The notes below the pieces were generated by a model that saw nothing but the letters and a program-made list of their open reading frames with translations, did not search any database and was not told the origin of the DNA. From IMG/VR virus record IMGVR_UViG_3300045282_000083, positions 3,751 to 67,750 of that record: 64,000 nt of DNA; one strand, written 5' to 3'. The DNA comes from a virus. Both the position numbers and the translations under genes were made by a program. Below, piece by piece: positions 18,666 through 27,916 of the stretch. Position 1 is the first letter of the stretch, and each line of letters opens with the position of its first letter.

Positions 18666-18854
18666 ATGGACGCCAAGAAGTCGGTAGAGCAATTGTTGGA
18701 AATGTACGAGACGCGCCTGCGGTTCGTTGACGTGTATGATGCCCTGGTGGAGAAGTTGACTGTGTTTGTTGAGGAGGCGATTCAGGAGGAGCGCTCGAAA
18801 GCCGCGACTCCCGAGACTCCTACTGAGAAATATTGGAACGGTTTTGGTTCATGA
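18666..18854 (+). CDS. Small hypothetical protein
   Basis: Coupled ORF. An additional 49-aa ORF at 18538-18687 lies upstream. Confidence 0.45.
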   Translation: MDAKKSVEQLLEMYETRLRFVDVYDALVEKLTVFVEEAIQEERSKAATPETPTEKYWNGFGS

Positions 18855-19267
18855 GCTATCTCGGCAGGTTCCAAACTGGGCAGTCGGTTCCCCTGTACCT
18901 ACGGTGCCAGGACACTACCCACGCCCCGCTTCTGCCAGACCGACCGCCGCTGGCCAGGATATTCAGCGGCACGACTCTGATTGATCAGCATTTGCTTCCG
19001 ATTGAGGACCGCTACGTTGTCACAGGCCAATTCAGACTTCCTTTGTTTCTTGGACGCTTATACGCATCAGGCCGCTACAAAGTCGTCTACTCCTATAACA
19101 TCGGAAGCTTCCACGGACTCTCTGAAGACTGCTTTGACATCGTGGATGGAGGAGATATACGCGGAGCCTGTATCTCCGCCTACTTCTACGAGCGGCCTGA
19201 AGCCAATTACGTGGTTCAATCACTGGAGAACGGGTCTATAATTAAAGGGCGCAATCCAACCGTATGA
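18851..19267 (+). CDS. Probable tail structural protein (Ig-like)
   Basis: ATGA-coupled start MSYLGRFQTGQSVPL; beta-rich. Confidence 0.6.
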   Translation: MSYLGRFQTGQSVPLYLRCQDTTHAPLLPDRPPLARIFSGTTLIDQHLLPIEDRYVVTGQFRLPLFLGRLYASGRYKVVYSYNIGSFHGLSEDCFDIVDGGDIRGACISAYFYERPEANYVVQSLENGSIIKGRNPTV

Positions 19268-19467
19268 AAGACCTCAAAGCACTAGCTGCTGTGTATGAAG
19301 CCGAGTGTGATAGAGAATGGATGTTCTTCGAGGAGCATGCTGAAGAGTTGGAAAGCAAGATTGAAGGCATCAATGACGACATGGTAATCCGAGCCATAAC
19401 CCTGGTAATAGTACAAGCTTACGTTAAAGGCATGAATCGAACATTCGAGGAGTTGGATGAGAGGTAA
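19264..19467 (+). CDS. Small acidic hypothetical protein
   Basis: ATGA-coupled. Confidence 0.5.
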   Translation: MKDLKALAAVYEAECDREWMFFEEHAEELESKIEGINDDMVIRAITLVIVQAYVKGMNRTFEELDER

Positions 19468-19951
19468 CGTTATCATCCGTGGAGTTGGCCTGCTAGCCTG
19501 CTGGAACCCAGACGGCAGCATTTCTTGGCGGCATCCGTTCAAAAACGGCGTCACCAATCCCGGCCTGGATTACCTTGGCGCAGCCGGGTTCAGCAATGGC
19601 GCGCAGATTGCAGCCTGGTACGCCAGCCTGATCGACCAGGTTGGATTCTCCTCCCTGAACATAAACGACACTATGTCCAGCCACGCCGGCTGGGCAGAAT
19701 TCACCGGCTTTAGCGGCGCTCGGCCCCAGTGGGTTAACGCCGAAGCCGGCCAACAAGTAGCCAGCAACGGCAGCTTCAGCTTCCCTATTACCGTCAATGG
19801 CATTGTCCATGGCATGTTCATTACTAGCTCGGTGACAAAAGGCGGTACTACCGGAACCTTGTGGGCGACAGCTGAATTGCCATCCAACTCGGTAGTTAGT
19901 GTAGGCCAGGTAGTTACAGGAACATACGCCATCCAGTTCTCTGGAGGGTAA
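19457..19951 (+). CDS. Tail structural protein
   Basis: NGVTNPG...DTMSSHAGWAEF...KGGTTGTLW pattern of phage tail proteins. Confidence 0.7.
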   Translation: MRGNVIIRGVGLLACWNPDGSISWRHPFKNGVTNPGLDYLGAAGFSNGAQIAAWYASLIDQVGFSSLNINDTMSSHAGWAEFTGFSGARPQWVNAEAGQQVASNGSFSFPITVNGIVHGMFITSSVTKGGTTGTLWATAELPSNSVVSVGQVVTGTYAIQFSGG

Positions 19952-19952
19952 T

Positions 19953-20165
19953 ATGGAAATGATTCCTGGGCCACCAATGCCGTGGGCTCCGTGGTTTAAG
20001 ATCAAATATAGGTTCAATGAGTTCTCTGGGTTCAGCGTAGCCCCTCCTGCTCCGGAGAATTTTTTGCCCGCTATCGTGCAGCACGTATCTGTGAAATCTG
20101 AGTTCTCTGCCAATCCTGGTGTTCTTGCTTCGGGCAGGCGCCCGGAGCGGCCAGAAATTCCTTGA
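19953..20165 (+). CDS. Small Pro-rich tether-like protein (GPPxPxAPWF plus NPGVLASGRRPERP)
   Basis: Shares both motifs with the C-terminal part of 22320-23645. Confidence 0.7.
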   Translation: MEMIPGPPMPWAPWFKIKYRFNEFSGFSVAPPAPENFLPAIVQHVSVKSEFSANPGVLASGRRPERPEIP

Positions 20166-20180
20166 AAGGAACCGCTCCCC

Positions 20181-20930
20181 ATGTCCACTCTCGTTTTGCC
20201 CGCCTGGCCGAAAAGCCAACCGCGTACGTTCAAGCCGCTCGCCAACCTGCGCTACGGCAACGAAATCAAAAGCTACAGCCGCTCCGATTTGGCTGCCATT
20301 ATGGCGGCAGACGGCAAACGTCGAACGTCAGAATCGCTGCGCAATAGTGCTACGACCGGCACCTGGACGGAACTGTTGTTCCGGAACAAAGGCGACTTCA
20401 CCGCCATGTCCACGACTGGCTCGGAAACGTCGTTCCTGTCTGGGCAGAACCAGCAGCCGACTATTCCAGCCCTATTCTTCGACCAGGTTCCGCTCCGCGC
20501 CATCGGCATCCTGGCCCGTGGCATTCTGACCACGACCACTGGCACGCCCACATTCACCTTCCAGGCTCGCCTTGGCAGCACCATCGGCGTCTCGACTCTT
20601 TCCGGCACGTCCGTTGGCGTCTCGGCAGCCATCACCTCCACAACGGGTGTGACCAACGTGTGGTGGGAAATGCGGCTGGACCTGGTTTGTACGGTTGCCG
20701 GTCAGGGCTCGGGCAACGCCACCCTTTCGGGCGCCGGGTACGTCATGAGCCCAGCAGGCTTCGCCACGCCGTTCGTCTATCCTCTGGAGCCCACGACGCC
20801 AAACACGGCAACGTGGACAGCAACGCTGGATGACTCGGTGACTCAGTACCTGAATCTTTCCGCTACGCTCCAGGCCACTGGCGCCCCAGCGCTCACATGC
20901 AAACAGCTACTTGTTTTCGGTTTCAATTAG
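20181..20930 (+). CDS. Thr-rich virion protein with a basic N-terminal extension
   Basis: Sharp compositional switch at ESLRN/SATTGTW. Confidence 0.7.
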   Translation: MSTLVLPAWPKSQPRTFKPLANLRYGNEIKSYSRSDLAAIMAADGKRRTSESLRNSATTGTWTELLFRNKGDFTAMSTTGSETSFLSGQNQQPTIPALFFDQVPLRAIGILARGILTTTTGTPTFTFQARLGSTIGVSTLSGTSVGVSAAITSTTGVTNVWWEMRLDLVCTVAGQGSGNATLSGAGYVMSPAGFATPFVYPLEPTTPNTATWTATLDDSVTQYLNLSATLQATGAPALTCKQLLVFGFN

Positions 20931-20963
20931 TGTATAATATGTGCAAGTGGCCGAAAAAGCCAC

Positions 20964-21566
20964 TTGCACAGTAACATGAAAAAAGCAGTTAACACTTGTG
21001 GGCATCCCGACAGGCCGCACTGCGGACGTGGCATGTGTCGAAGCTGCTACACCGTACAATGGCATAAGGCCCATCCAGAATTAATCAGAAAGTTAAAATA
21101 CAATGATTATCGAAGGATGCGCAAGCGGCTTTCCAAAGACGCCGACAAATTGAAAGCGTTCAAGGAAAAGGGTCGCCTCCAATCAGCCGCGTGGAGAGAA
21201 AATAATAAGGAGAAATACTTGGAGTGCGCCCGCAAGCTTCAGAATAAGCTTTACCACAATCCTGACGGTAAATTAAAGCGTAAAATTCGTGGGTACAAAC
21301 TTAAACAGTTTGGGATGACCCACGAAGATTATGAAGCAATGCTGGCTTCTCAAAACGGCGTCTGTGCCACCTGCAAGAAGCCAGAAAAAGTTAGGCAAGG
21401 CTATGGCTTAAAACACTTGGCCATTGATCACGACCATCAGACTGGCAGAGTGAGAGGCTTGCTTTGCCAAAATTGCAATCTGATGATTGGCCACAGCCAC
21501 GACAGTATAGAATTGTTGCAAGCCGCCATCGACTATCTGAAAAGCAAATGTCATGAGCAGCCTTAA
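20964..21566 (+). CDS. Endonuclease VII-type HNH (homing) endonuclease
   Basis: QNGVCATC, LAIDHDH, VRGLLCQNCN, AIDYL; N-terminal Cys/His cluster; upstream TATAAT at 20933. Confidence 0.9.
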   Translation: MHSNMKKAVNTCGHPDRPHCGRGMCRSCYTVQWHKAHPELIRKLKYNDYRRMRKRLSKDADKLKAFKEKGRLQSAAWRENNKEKYLECARKLQNKLYHNPDGKLKRKIRGYKLKQFGMTHEDYEAMLASQNGVCATCKKPEKVRQGYGLKHLAIDHDHQTGRVRGLLCQNCNLMIGHSHDSIELLQAAIDYLKSKCHEQP

Positions 21567-22320
21567 AACGGTGCCACAACCGCTTCTGCATTTTCGTGCT
21601 TTTTGTTTGGATTGCAAGAAGTTCCACGATGCAGAGGTGGAATGTGGCACCCCAATGATACGGGAAATGGAAAGCTGGCAATACAAACATGCCGGTCATG
21701 AGGTGGAATTCAATTCCCGCTATAGGAAGGTTCCACGAGACATTGACGATTCCCTCTTCGAAGCCAAAGGTGAGGCGCCGTGGTGGCTTAATCCCCATTT
21801 CCATGGCTTTACAGAGAACACCAACTTCCAGTTCTCCTTCAATGCGTCAATCAATTTGACGTATACGTCTCTAAACAGTCTGGCTACGGACGCCAACCTC
21901 CTAGCTGGGGCATCAAGCTTAGTCGTTGATAATGGCCCCACAGCTGCCAATCTGGAGATCGGCATTAAGGCGTTGGTCAAGAACAATGGTTCGTCAAACC
22001 CAACGGCTGGCAAAGAAATTGATTTGTATACTTACGACGCTATTGATGACATCCCAACGTATCCAGACACAATTGCCGGCACAGACGCTCTCAAAACTAT
22101 CACCACTGCCAATATCTTAACGTCTGGATTCAGGCTAATGGCGTCATTATTTGTGGCTGCCACTCAGAACCAAGTCAACCCAATGGCATCGGTTGCCCTG
22201 TCGCAATTGTATGGAGTTATGCCACGGTATTGGGGCGTATTCGTTGTGCATAATAGTGGACAAGCTCTGAATGCCAGCGGCAACCAATGCACCTATAAGG
22301 GCGTATACGTGGCTGGTTAA
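21553..22320 (+). CDS. Virion protein with an N-terminal Zn-finger-like extension
   Basis: CLDC..H...KHAGH leader, then a Thr/Asn-rich SLATDANLLAG...PRYWGVFV structural domain. Confidence 0.65.
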   Translation: MSSLKTVPQPLLHFRAFCLDCKKFHDAEVECGTPMIREMESWQYKHAGHEVEFNSRYRKVPRDIDDSLFEAKGEAPWWLNPHFHGFTENTNFQFSFNASINLTYTSLNSLATDANLLAGASSLVVDNGPTAANLEIGIKALVKNNGSSNPTAGKEIDLYTYDAIDDIPTYPDTIAGTDALKTITTANILTSGFRLMASLFVAATQNQVNPMASVALSQLYGVMPRYWGVFVVHNSGQALNASGNQCTYKGVYVAG

Positions 22321-23645
22321 TGAAACCGCTGTTCCCCTTTATCCTGAACGTCGGCAGCCCACAGGCTAAAGGTCTGCTATTCTGGGGTCCGGGCGGACCT
22401 GGCAGCGGCAACATGTTCGATTTCTCTGGCCGTCAGGATAACGGTCAGCTGAATGGCACTGTTCCTACAACCGGCTTCTGGGTGCCCGGAGTTGACAATG
22501 GCAAAACCGCCGTTCAGTTTGATGGCGGCACCATTTTTGTCAGCCTCACTAAATCAGACACGCTCCCAGTATCGTCTGCCGTCTCTGTGTCGTGTTGGGT
22601 CAAAACGTCCAACATTGCCAATTACAACTATCTTATTGCCAAATGGGGCGTAGCCAACGGCACCGATACCTTCCAGCTTCGTATTGATCAAACCACCGGA
22701 TTCGTTTATTGGACAGTATCGTCTAATGGAAACTACCAGCCAGCTAATGACCTCAACGGCACCACTAGCGTTGCCGATGGAAAGTGGCATCTTATCACCG
22801 CCACTTACGATGGCACCACATCCAATGTCTATGTGGACGGATTATTGCAGTCCTCCTTGGCCGTGGCTGGCGCCCTATTTGCCACTGCCAGCTTCGTTCG
22901 TCTTGGGGGCCTATCGGACGGCAACCTAACTGCTAACTGGCTTAACGGCCAGATGGACGATCCCAGGATTTATAATTACGCCCTGTCGGCCAAAACTATT
23001 GCCGACATGTACAAACCGGCAACGCGATGGACGCTAAGGACAAACAGAAGGCGGCTGTTCACTTCGAAGTCAATTCCGGCAATCGTCGTCATGCCGGAAG
23101 TTCGTACCGGCGTGCCAAGGCCAGGGTCTCCATGGTTCCAACTCCGCGCTTTGACTTCGAACCAGATTGCTCCAATCATTATCCCGGCAGACAACTCGTC
23201 GCCCAGCCAGGCTACGATCACCGGCCCTCCGCGACCAGGCTCGCCATGGTTTCGACTTCAGCCACAACAGAATATCGTCACCATCGCGGCAGCAGCACCG
23301 CCAGCCGCCGAACGAACTCCGTCTCCCCAAATGTTCGTTGGCCCTCCTTTGCCAGGCGCTCCGTGGTTCGTATTGATGCAGCAACAGGGGATTGTCGTAA
23401 GGGACACGCCCCCTCCAATAAAACCTCAGCCAAATCAGCCGGACAAGAGTTTCAGTGGACCTCCCTTGCCAGGGGCGCCGTGGTTTGTTTTACGTGCCCA
23501 GCAAAGTATAGACCTCACTAGGGCGCCTATACCGGATTTCAACATCGTGCAAAAAGTCATTTGTAGCTCACGAGCGACCTTCAACTCGGGTGTATTAGCA
23601 ACCGGCAGACGACCTGAACGACCTGGTATAGGTGCGGATCAATAA
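22320..23645 (+). CDS. LamG/concanavalin A-like lectin domain tail protein with four PWF repeats
   Basis: SVSCWVK, DGKWHLITATYDG, YVDG, GQMDDPRIYNYALS; Pro-rich repeat tail. Confidence 0.88.
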   Translation: MKPLFPFILNVGSPQAKGLLFWGPGGPGSGNMFDFSGRQDNGQLNGTVPTTGFWVPGVDNGKTAVQFDGGTIFVSLTKSDTLPVSSAVSVSCWVKTSNIANYNYLIAKWGVANGTDTFQLRIDQTTGFVYWTVSSNGNYQPANDLNGTTSVADGKWHLITATYDGTTSNVYVDGLLQSSLAVAGALFATASFVRLGGLSDGNLTANWLNGQMDDPRIYNYALSAKTIADMYKPATRWTLRTNRRRLFTSKSIPAIVVMPEVRTGVPRPGSPWFQLRALTSNQIAPIIIPADNSSPSQATITGPPRPGSPWFRLQPQQNIVTIAAAAPPAAERTPSPQMFVGPPLPGAPWFVLMQQQGIVVRDTPPPIKPQPNQPDKSFSGPPLPGAPWFVLRAQQSIDLTRAPIPDFNIVQKVICSSRATFNSGVLATGRRPERPGIGADQ

Positions 23646-25930
23646 TGGATAGCTATCTAGAAACTCCTGAAGGTCTTTTGCTCGTCGTTGACGGCTTCGA
23701 TCCTATGTTGCTCTGGGACGGGCAGTCTGCGCAAATGGTTCCGGCCGGCGTAGCTCCTCCTCCCGACCCAACTACCATGTCTCTCTCCGGCTCTGGAGTA
23801 GGCGGCATCGTAGGCACATACAATGCCTACGTTAGATTTGTTGATAACCTGGGCTTCTTTTCCAACCTATCCGGCATCTCCCCAGATTTCACCGCATTAA
23901 GCTCTGGAACTAACGGCAACATAACCGATGCCAGTTTTGCGGCGCCAATCCAAATCACATCGGCTGGCCACGGGCTCCTCACTGGAGCAATCGTTAAGGT
24001 TTCTGGAGTCGGCGGGAATACAGCTGCAAACGGCTTATGGACTATTACAGTTACTGGCGCCAACACCTTCACCTTGGACGGCTCGTCCGGAAACAGTACA
24101 TATACTGGCTCTGGAACATGGAATGCAGGTATTTCAACTATCACATACAACGGAGTCCCAACAACCACCGACCCCAAAGTAGTCCGCAGGCAGATTCTTC
24201 GTAATACCGATGGTGAGGAAATCACGTATTATGTTGACGTTGATACGACCGACCTATCATCGACTACCTTCTCTTCGACCCGCACGGACGCGGAACTTAT
24301 TGTCCAAGAAAGCCAAGCCATCCTGGACTCGGACGGCTTGCCGTTGGCCAATCTACACAGCGTCCCGCCAACTACCAAAACCTCCCTGGCGGCGGTATTG
24401 GGACGAGTGTTTCTTGGGGGTCAATACGACGAAACCAGAGGCGCAGTCGTCGTCACCACGGGGAGTAACATTGTCCAAGGCATTGGAACAGATTGGGTGT
24501 CTGGGCTGGCAGGACGTGTTCTATACGTTGTTGGCGCGGTTAATAACTATACTATAAGTAGCGTTGACGTATTGCTCCAGCAGATAACTCTAACTTCGTC
24601 TTACACGGATGCCAGCGACGAGTTCGGGGTGTACGCTATTCGCCCTCAGCCGGCCGAAAGACGCCTAGTTTACTACACTCCTCCTGGGCAGCCTGAATCT
24701 TTCCCACCAACGCAGGCGTTGTCTATTCAAGAGGATGACGACGAAATCACCGGCCTGATGGCGCGCGGAGCGTTCTTGTACGTGCTTGAGCGGCGTCATA
24801 TTTACAAGATAACCTTCCAGGATGACCCAGCTAAAGACGGAGGTGTGTTCCTGGCAGCAAATAGGGGCTGCATTAACAACCGCTGCTGGCAGCTAGTGGA
24901 CGGCGATGCGTACATGCTCGACGAATATGGTATACATAAGTTTACATCAGGTGTGCCTGAGCCATTATCAGACGATATCCAAGAAATCTTTAGGCCAGGA
25001 AGCCTGTACAAATTCAACATCAACTGGACCGCCAGTCGCCACTTCTTTGCTGTCACAAGTAGACCTTATGAGATTATCAGGTGGTTCGTCGCCCTTGAGG
25101 GGGACTACCTGCCACGCCATTGTATCGCCTACCACTATAGACTTAAGCGGTGGTGGTTGGAACGATACCCATTCGCAGTAGGGGCTGGCGTATCGGGCCA
25201 TATCAACAACATCCCGGTCACGTTCCTCCTTGGAGAAGGAACAAAGGTCTACGCAATGTGGCAAGGAACAACCGACGTAGCTAATCCAGAACTTGGAACG
25301 ATTAGAGGAACGGTAACGTCTTCTGGCATAATCACCCTGACTGACAGCACGGCGTCGTTCTGCACATCAGGCAAGGGGAGTGTAATTAACTCCCCGGTGG
25401 TTATCTTTGATGGCACGGGCAGAGACCAAGTGCGCCGCGTGGTCTCTGCCACGGCCACCACTTTGACCATGGACATGCCATGGACTGAGTCTTTGGATAT
25501 CACAAGTACATATCAGGTAGGCGGCGTGGTATGGAATTGGAGGTCAACTTGGATGAGGCTAACCGCCGTGGATAAGAACCAAGAAAGGCAGATTGAAATA
25601 CTCTTTGAGCCGACGATTAAGCCGGCCCAAATGGACTTCTCGCTCACCTATGACTTTGCCAAGCCAGAACTCACACAGGGACGCATGTCTTCTTCCCAAG
25701 GAGGAGGAGTTAGAAGCGACGTTAATAAGCCCAACCGAATCATCGACCTGACCAAGGCCGACAGCGTTGTCCAGATTCGCACCCCTGGCCATCGCCAGCG
25801 GTTCACAGATGGCAGGCGCTACGTGCAAATTGCTCTCGGAGGAGCCTCCAATGAGGATTTGGTGGCTGTCTTTGAGATGATCCTGGAGGGCTTAGGCAAT
25901 GTGGCAACCGTCTCGCAATCTCAGCAATGA
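23645..25930 (+). CDS. Tail nozzle/DNA stabilisation protein (P22 gp10/tubular protein B-like)
   Basis: 761 aa; propeller-like RLVYY..PGQPESF, DEITGL, RGCIN, PLSDDIQ motifs; inserted beta domains. Confidence 0.75.
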   Translation: MDSYLETPEGLLLVVDGFDPMLLWDGQSAQMVPAGVAPPPDPTTMSLSGSGVGGIVGTYNAYVRFVDNLGFFSNLSGISPDFTALSSGTNGNITDASFAAPIQITSAGHGLLTGAIVKVSGVGGNTAANGLWTITVTGANTFTLDGSSGNSTYTGSGTWNAGISTITYNGVPTTTDPKVVRRQILRNTDGEEITYYVDVDTTDLSSTTFSSTRTDAELIVQESQAILDSDGLPLANLHSVPPTTKTSLAAVLGRVFLGGQYDETRGAVVVTTGSNIVQGIGTDWVSGLAGRVLYVVGAVNNYTISSVDVLLQQITLTSSYTDASDEFGVYAIRPQPAERRLVYYTPPGQPESFPPTQALSIQEDDDEITGLMARGAFLYVLERRHIYKITFQDDPAKDGGVFLAANRGCINNRCWQLVDGDAYMLDEYGIHKFTSGVPEPLSDDIQEIFRPGSLYKFNINWTASRHFFAVTSRPYEIIRWFVALEGDYLPRHCIAYHYRLKRWWLERYPFAVGAGVSGHINNIPVTFLLGEGTKVYAMWQGTTDVANPELGTIRGTVTSSGIITLTDSTASFCTSGKGSVINSPVVIFDGTGRDQVRRVVSATATTLTMDMPWTESLDITSTYQVGGVVWNWRSTWMRLTAVDKNQERQIEILFEPTIKPAQMDFSLTYDFAKPELTQGRMSSSQGGGVRSDVNKPNRIIDLTKADSVVQIRTPGHRQRFTDGRRYVQIALGGASNEDLVAVFEMILEGLGNVATVSQSQQ

Positions 25931-26129
25931 ATTTGTCTTCCGAGCGACCTCGGATGTATATACTGTCAAAGAGGTAGACTGCGATATCGGCGGCAGAGCG
26001 TTCAAGGTGTGCGGCAAGAACGTAGTCTACCATGTCAGAGTTAATCCCGACGAATGCGAATGTATGGGTTTCCTGAAGTACGGAACCTGTCGGCATCTTA
26101 AGGGCGTATTGGAGGCGCTGTACGAATAA
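25899..26129 (+). CDS. SWIM-type zinc finger protein
   Basis: YHV...CECMGF...CRH; GGAGG SD upstream. Confidence 0.7.
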   Translation: MWQPSRNLSNEFVFRATSDVYTVKEVDCDIGGRAFKVCGKNVVYHVRVNPDECECMGFLKYGTCRHLKGVLEALYE

Positions 26130-26356
26130 TGCTGTTCAATGTTCAAACCTGTTGGTGTGGCCAAAGAGTAATTGCTATTGGTTTGTGTCGCGATCACTAT
26201 CTGGACGCATTTACACCGTCTGGTAATCCCGAGTGGGCAAACATCAAAACCGCTAGAGAGCGCTGGAAGGTGGAATTAGAACGCACGAAGGACAAGACGG
26301 CCAAAAGCGCCAATGAATACGGCAAGCTGTACGACCGTCCGGAGGAGCACTACTAA
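26129..26356 (+). CDS. Small Cys-containing hypothetical protein
   Basis: CWC...GLCRDHY; TAATG-coupled. Confidence 0.55.
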   Translation: MLFNVQTCWCGQRVIAIGLCRDHYLDAFTPSGNPEWANIKTARERWKVELERTKDKTAKSANEYGKLYDRPEEHY

Positions 26357-26706
26357 TGGCTTTCATGTGGGATCAGCGGGAGCGACTGCTACGCGACGAC
26401 GACTGGACTGCGCCAGCCTTGGCTGAAGAGTTGTATTGCATGTTTGGACCCCAAGTGCCAAACAATACCGAGGCCCCGGTTAACGTCAGCCTGCCCACCG
26501 GCAGCCAGGTTCCGCCGTTTCAGATAAGCAACGCACCGCTTGATAATATTCCGATGTTCGATTTCCATCATGCGGACGGCACGCCTGGCGGGAATATCTT
26601 CTTCTCTGGCGGCAATTTCTTCTTCCAGGGTCCAGGGAGCCAACCATCGTTAATGGGTGGTGGTGGCGGGGGTGGCGGTGGCCCCACAGTTCCGGTGTGG
26701 GGGTAG
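26356..26706 (+). CDS. Tail-tip/needle-like protein ending in poly-Gly
   Basis: TAATG-coupled; ends GGGGGGGGPTVPVWG. Confidence 0.65.
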   Translation: MAFMWDQRERLLRDDDWTAPALAEELYCMFGPQVPNNTEAPVNVSLPTGSQVPPFQISNAPLDNIPMFDFHHADGTPGGNIFFSGGNFFFQGPGSQPSLMGGGGGGGGGPTVPVWG

Positions 26707-27154
26707 CAACGGAGGTTTTACGGCTTTCCCTTCTGGTACGCCGATCATTGGCAACACTCTGACAGATGCTGTATTTGATGTTTTCCCTGAATATTTCACC
26801 GGACCAATAACTGGACAGCCGTTTAACGCCGGAGCCGATGCGCAGAATTACGTCCTAGGTTCTTTGGCTTTTACGTTCGGCCACACTTTAGACAAGCCGG
26901 CTGGCTGGACCAATGATGTAACCGATTTTAGCGGGGTGTCTGGTGGCAACCAAGTCCGTACGCCAAGGATGGCAGACGGATCATCCGGACCAATATTCGC
27001 CAGCCCTTCCGATGCCCTGGATGCTGCCAACGCTGCCATTACAGCCATATTGGCAGCTGCAAGCACCATTAAGTACGGATCGATTATCCGGTTATTTGAT
27101 GATGGCATGGGTGGACACGGGTACGTTTTTGGTTTAGCCCATGGAATCCCGTAA
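26657..27154 (+). CDS. Structural-type ORF with no convincing start, possible +1 frameshift extension of 26356
   Basis: Protein-like sequence begins only at the G5 run beside the upstream TAG. Confidence 0.5.
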   Translation: MVVAGVAVAPQFRCGGSNGGFTAFPSGTPIIGNTLTDAVFDVFPEYFTGPITGQPFNAGADAQNYVLGSLAFTFGHTLDKPAGWTNDVTDFSGVSGGNQVRTPRMADGSSGPIFASPSDALDAANAAITAILAAASTIKYGSIIRLFDDGMGGHGYVFGLAHGIP

Positions 27155-27190
27155 AATTATATTGACAAAACCTTCTGGATATGGTAGAGT
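27153..27190 (+). promoter_or_regulatory. sigma70-like promoter for the ejection protein genes
   Basis: AAAATTATA-TTGACA-17-TAGAGT; the 15-mer is identical to 63391-63405. Confidence 0.75.
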
Positions 27191-27208
27191 GGTATTCGAG
27201 GTGAATCA

Positions 27209-27904
27209 ATGCCAGGTTTCTATACAAACACGCTGGGCAACACCGGCATAGCCGGAACCGAGACGAACCGTGGTGGCGCCCTGGGCATTACGTCCCAGAT
27301 GCGCAGCTACGACCCCACTGAACTGTCGCAAGCCCAACTCATGGAAGCCCAGCGGGCGCAGATGCCCGAACAACTTGGCATCCAAAAAGAGCTTGCCCAG
27401 AACCAACTCCAGCAAACAGCTGACAAATCCGCAAGATTCAATGCGGTTATGGGGGCTCTGAGCGGCCAACTTGGCAAGCTAAACGGAGGAGTGTATACTG
27501 CTGGTGGACAAAACACCGCACCTCCGCCTATTACAGCTGGCCCAGTGTACAACTCCCAGCAAATGCAGCAGATGCAGAATCAAAATGCTGCTCAGCTTCA
27601 ACAGGGGGCTGCTGGGCAGGATGCCAGGACCTCTGCCAGCTTGGCAGGCAGGGGCTTTGGGGCCAATAGTCCGTTAGCCATGGCCCTGCAAAGCGCCAAT
27701 CAGGCCAATACCAGGGGCCAAGTGGCCGGGACGAACACCCAGCTTGGATTGAGTGCGGCCCAGGCCAATGCTGGACAATTGCTCAATAGTCAACAGGCAC
27801 TCAGTAATCAGTGGGCCACTGGCAACCAATTGGATATACAGCGTAGGACGCCCCTAATCCAACAGCAGACAGCAATTCTACAAGCTCTCGCCGGTTTAGT
27901 ATAA
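27209..27904 (+). CDS. Ejection/DNA pilot protein (Gln/Ala-rich)
   Basis: SLAGRGFGANS motif and Gln-rich coiled coils typical of podovirus ejection proteins. Confidence 0.7.
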   Translation: MPGFYTNTLGNTGIAGTETNRGGALGITSQMRSYDPTELSQAQLMEAQRAQMPEQLGIQKELAQNQLQQTADKSARFNAVMGALSGQLGKLNGGVYTAGGQNTAPPPITAGPVYNSQQMQQMQNQNAAQLQQGAAGQDARTSASLAGRGFGANSPLAMALQSANQANTRGQVAGTNTQLGLSAAQANAGQLLNSQQALSNQWATGNQLDIQRRTPLIQQQTAILQALAGLV

Positions 27905-27916
27905 GGATGTATATTA

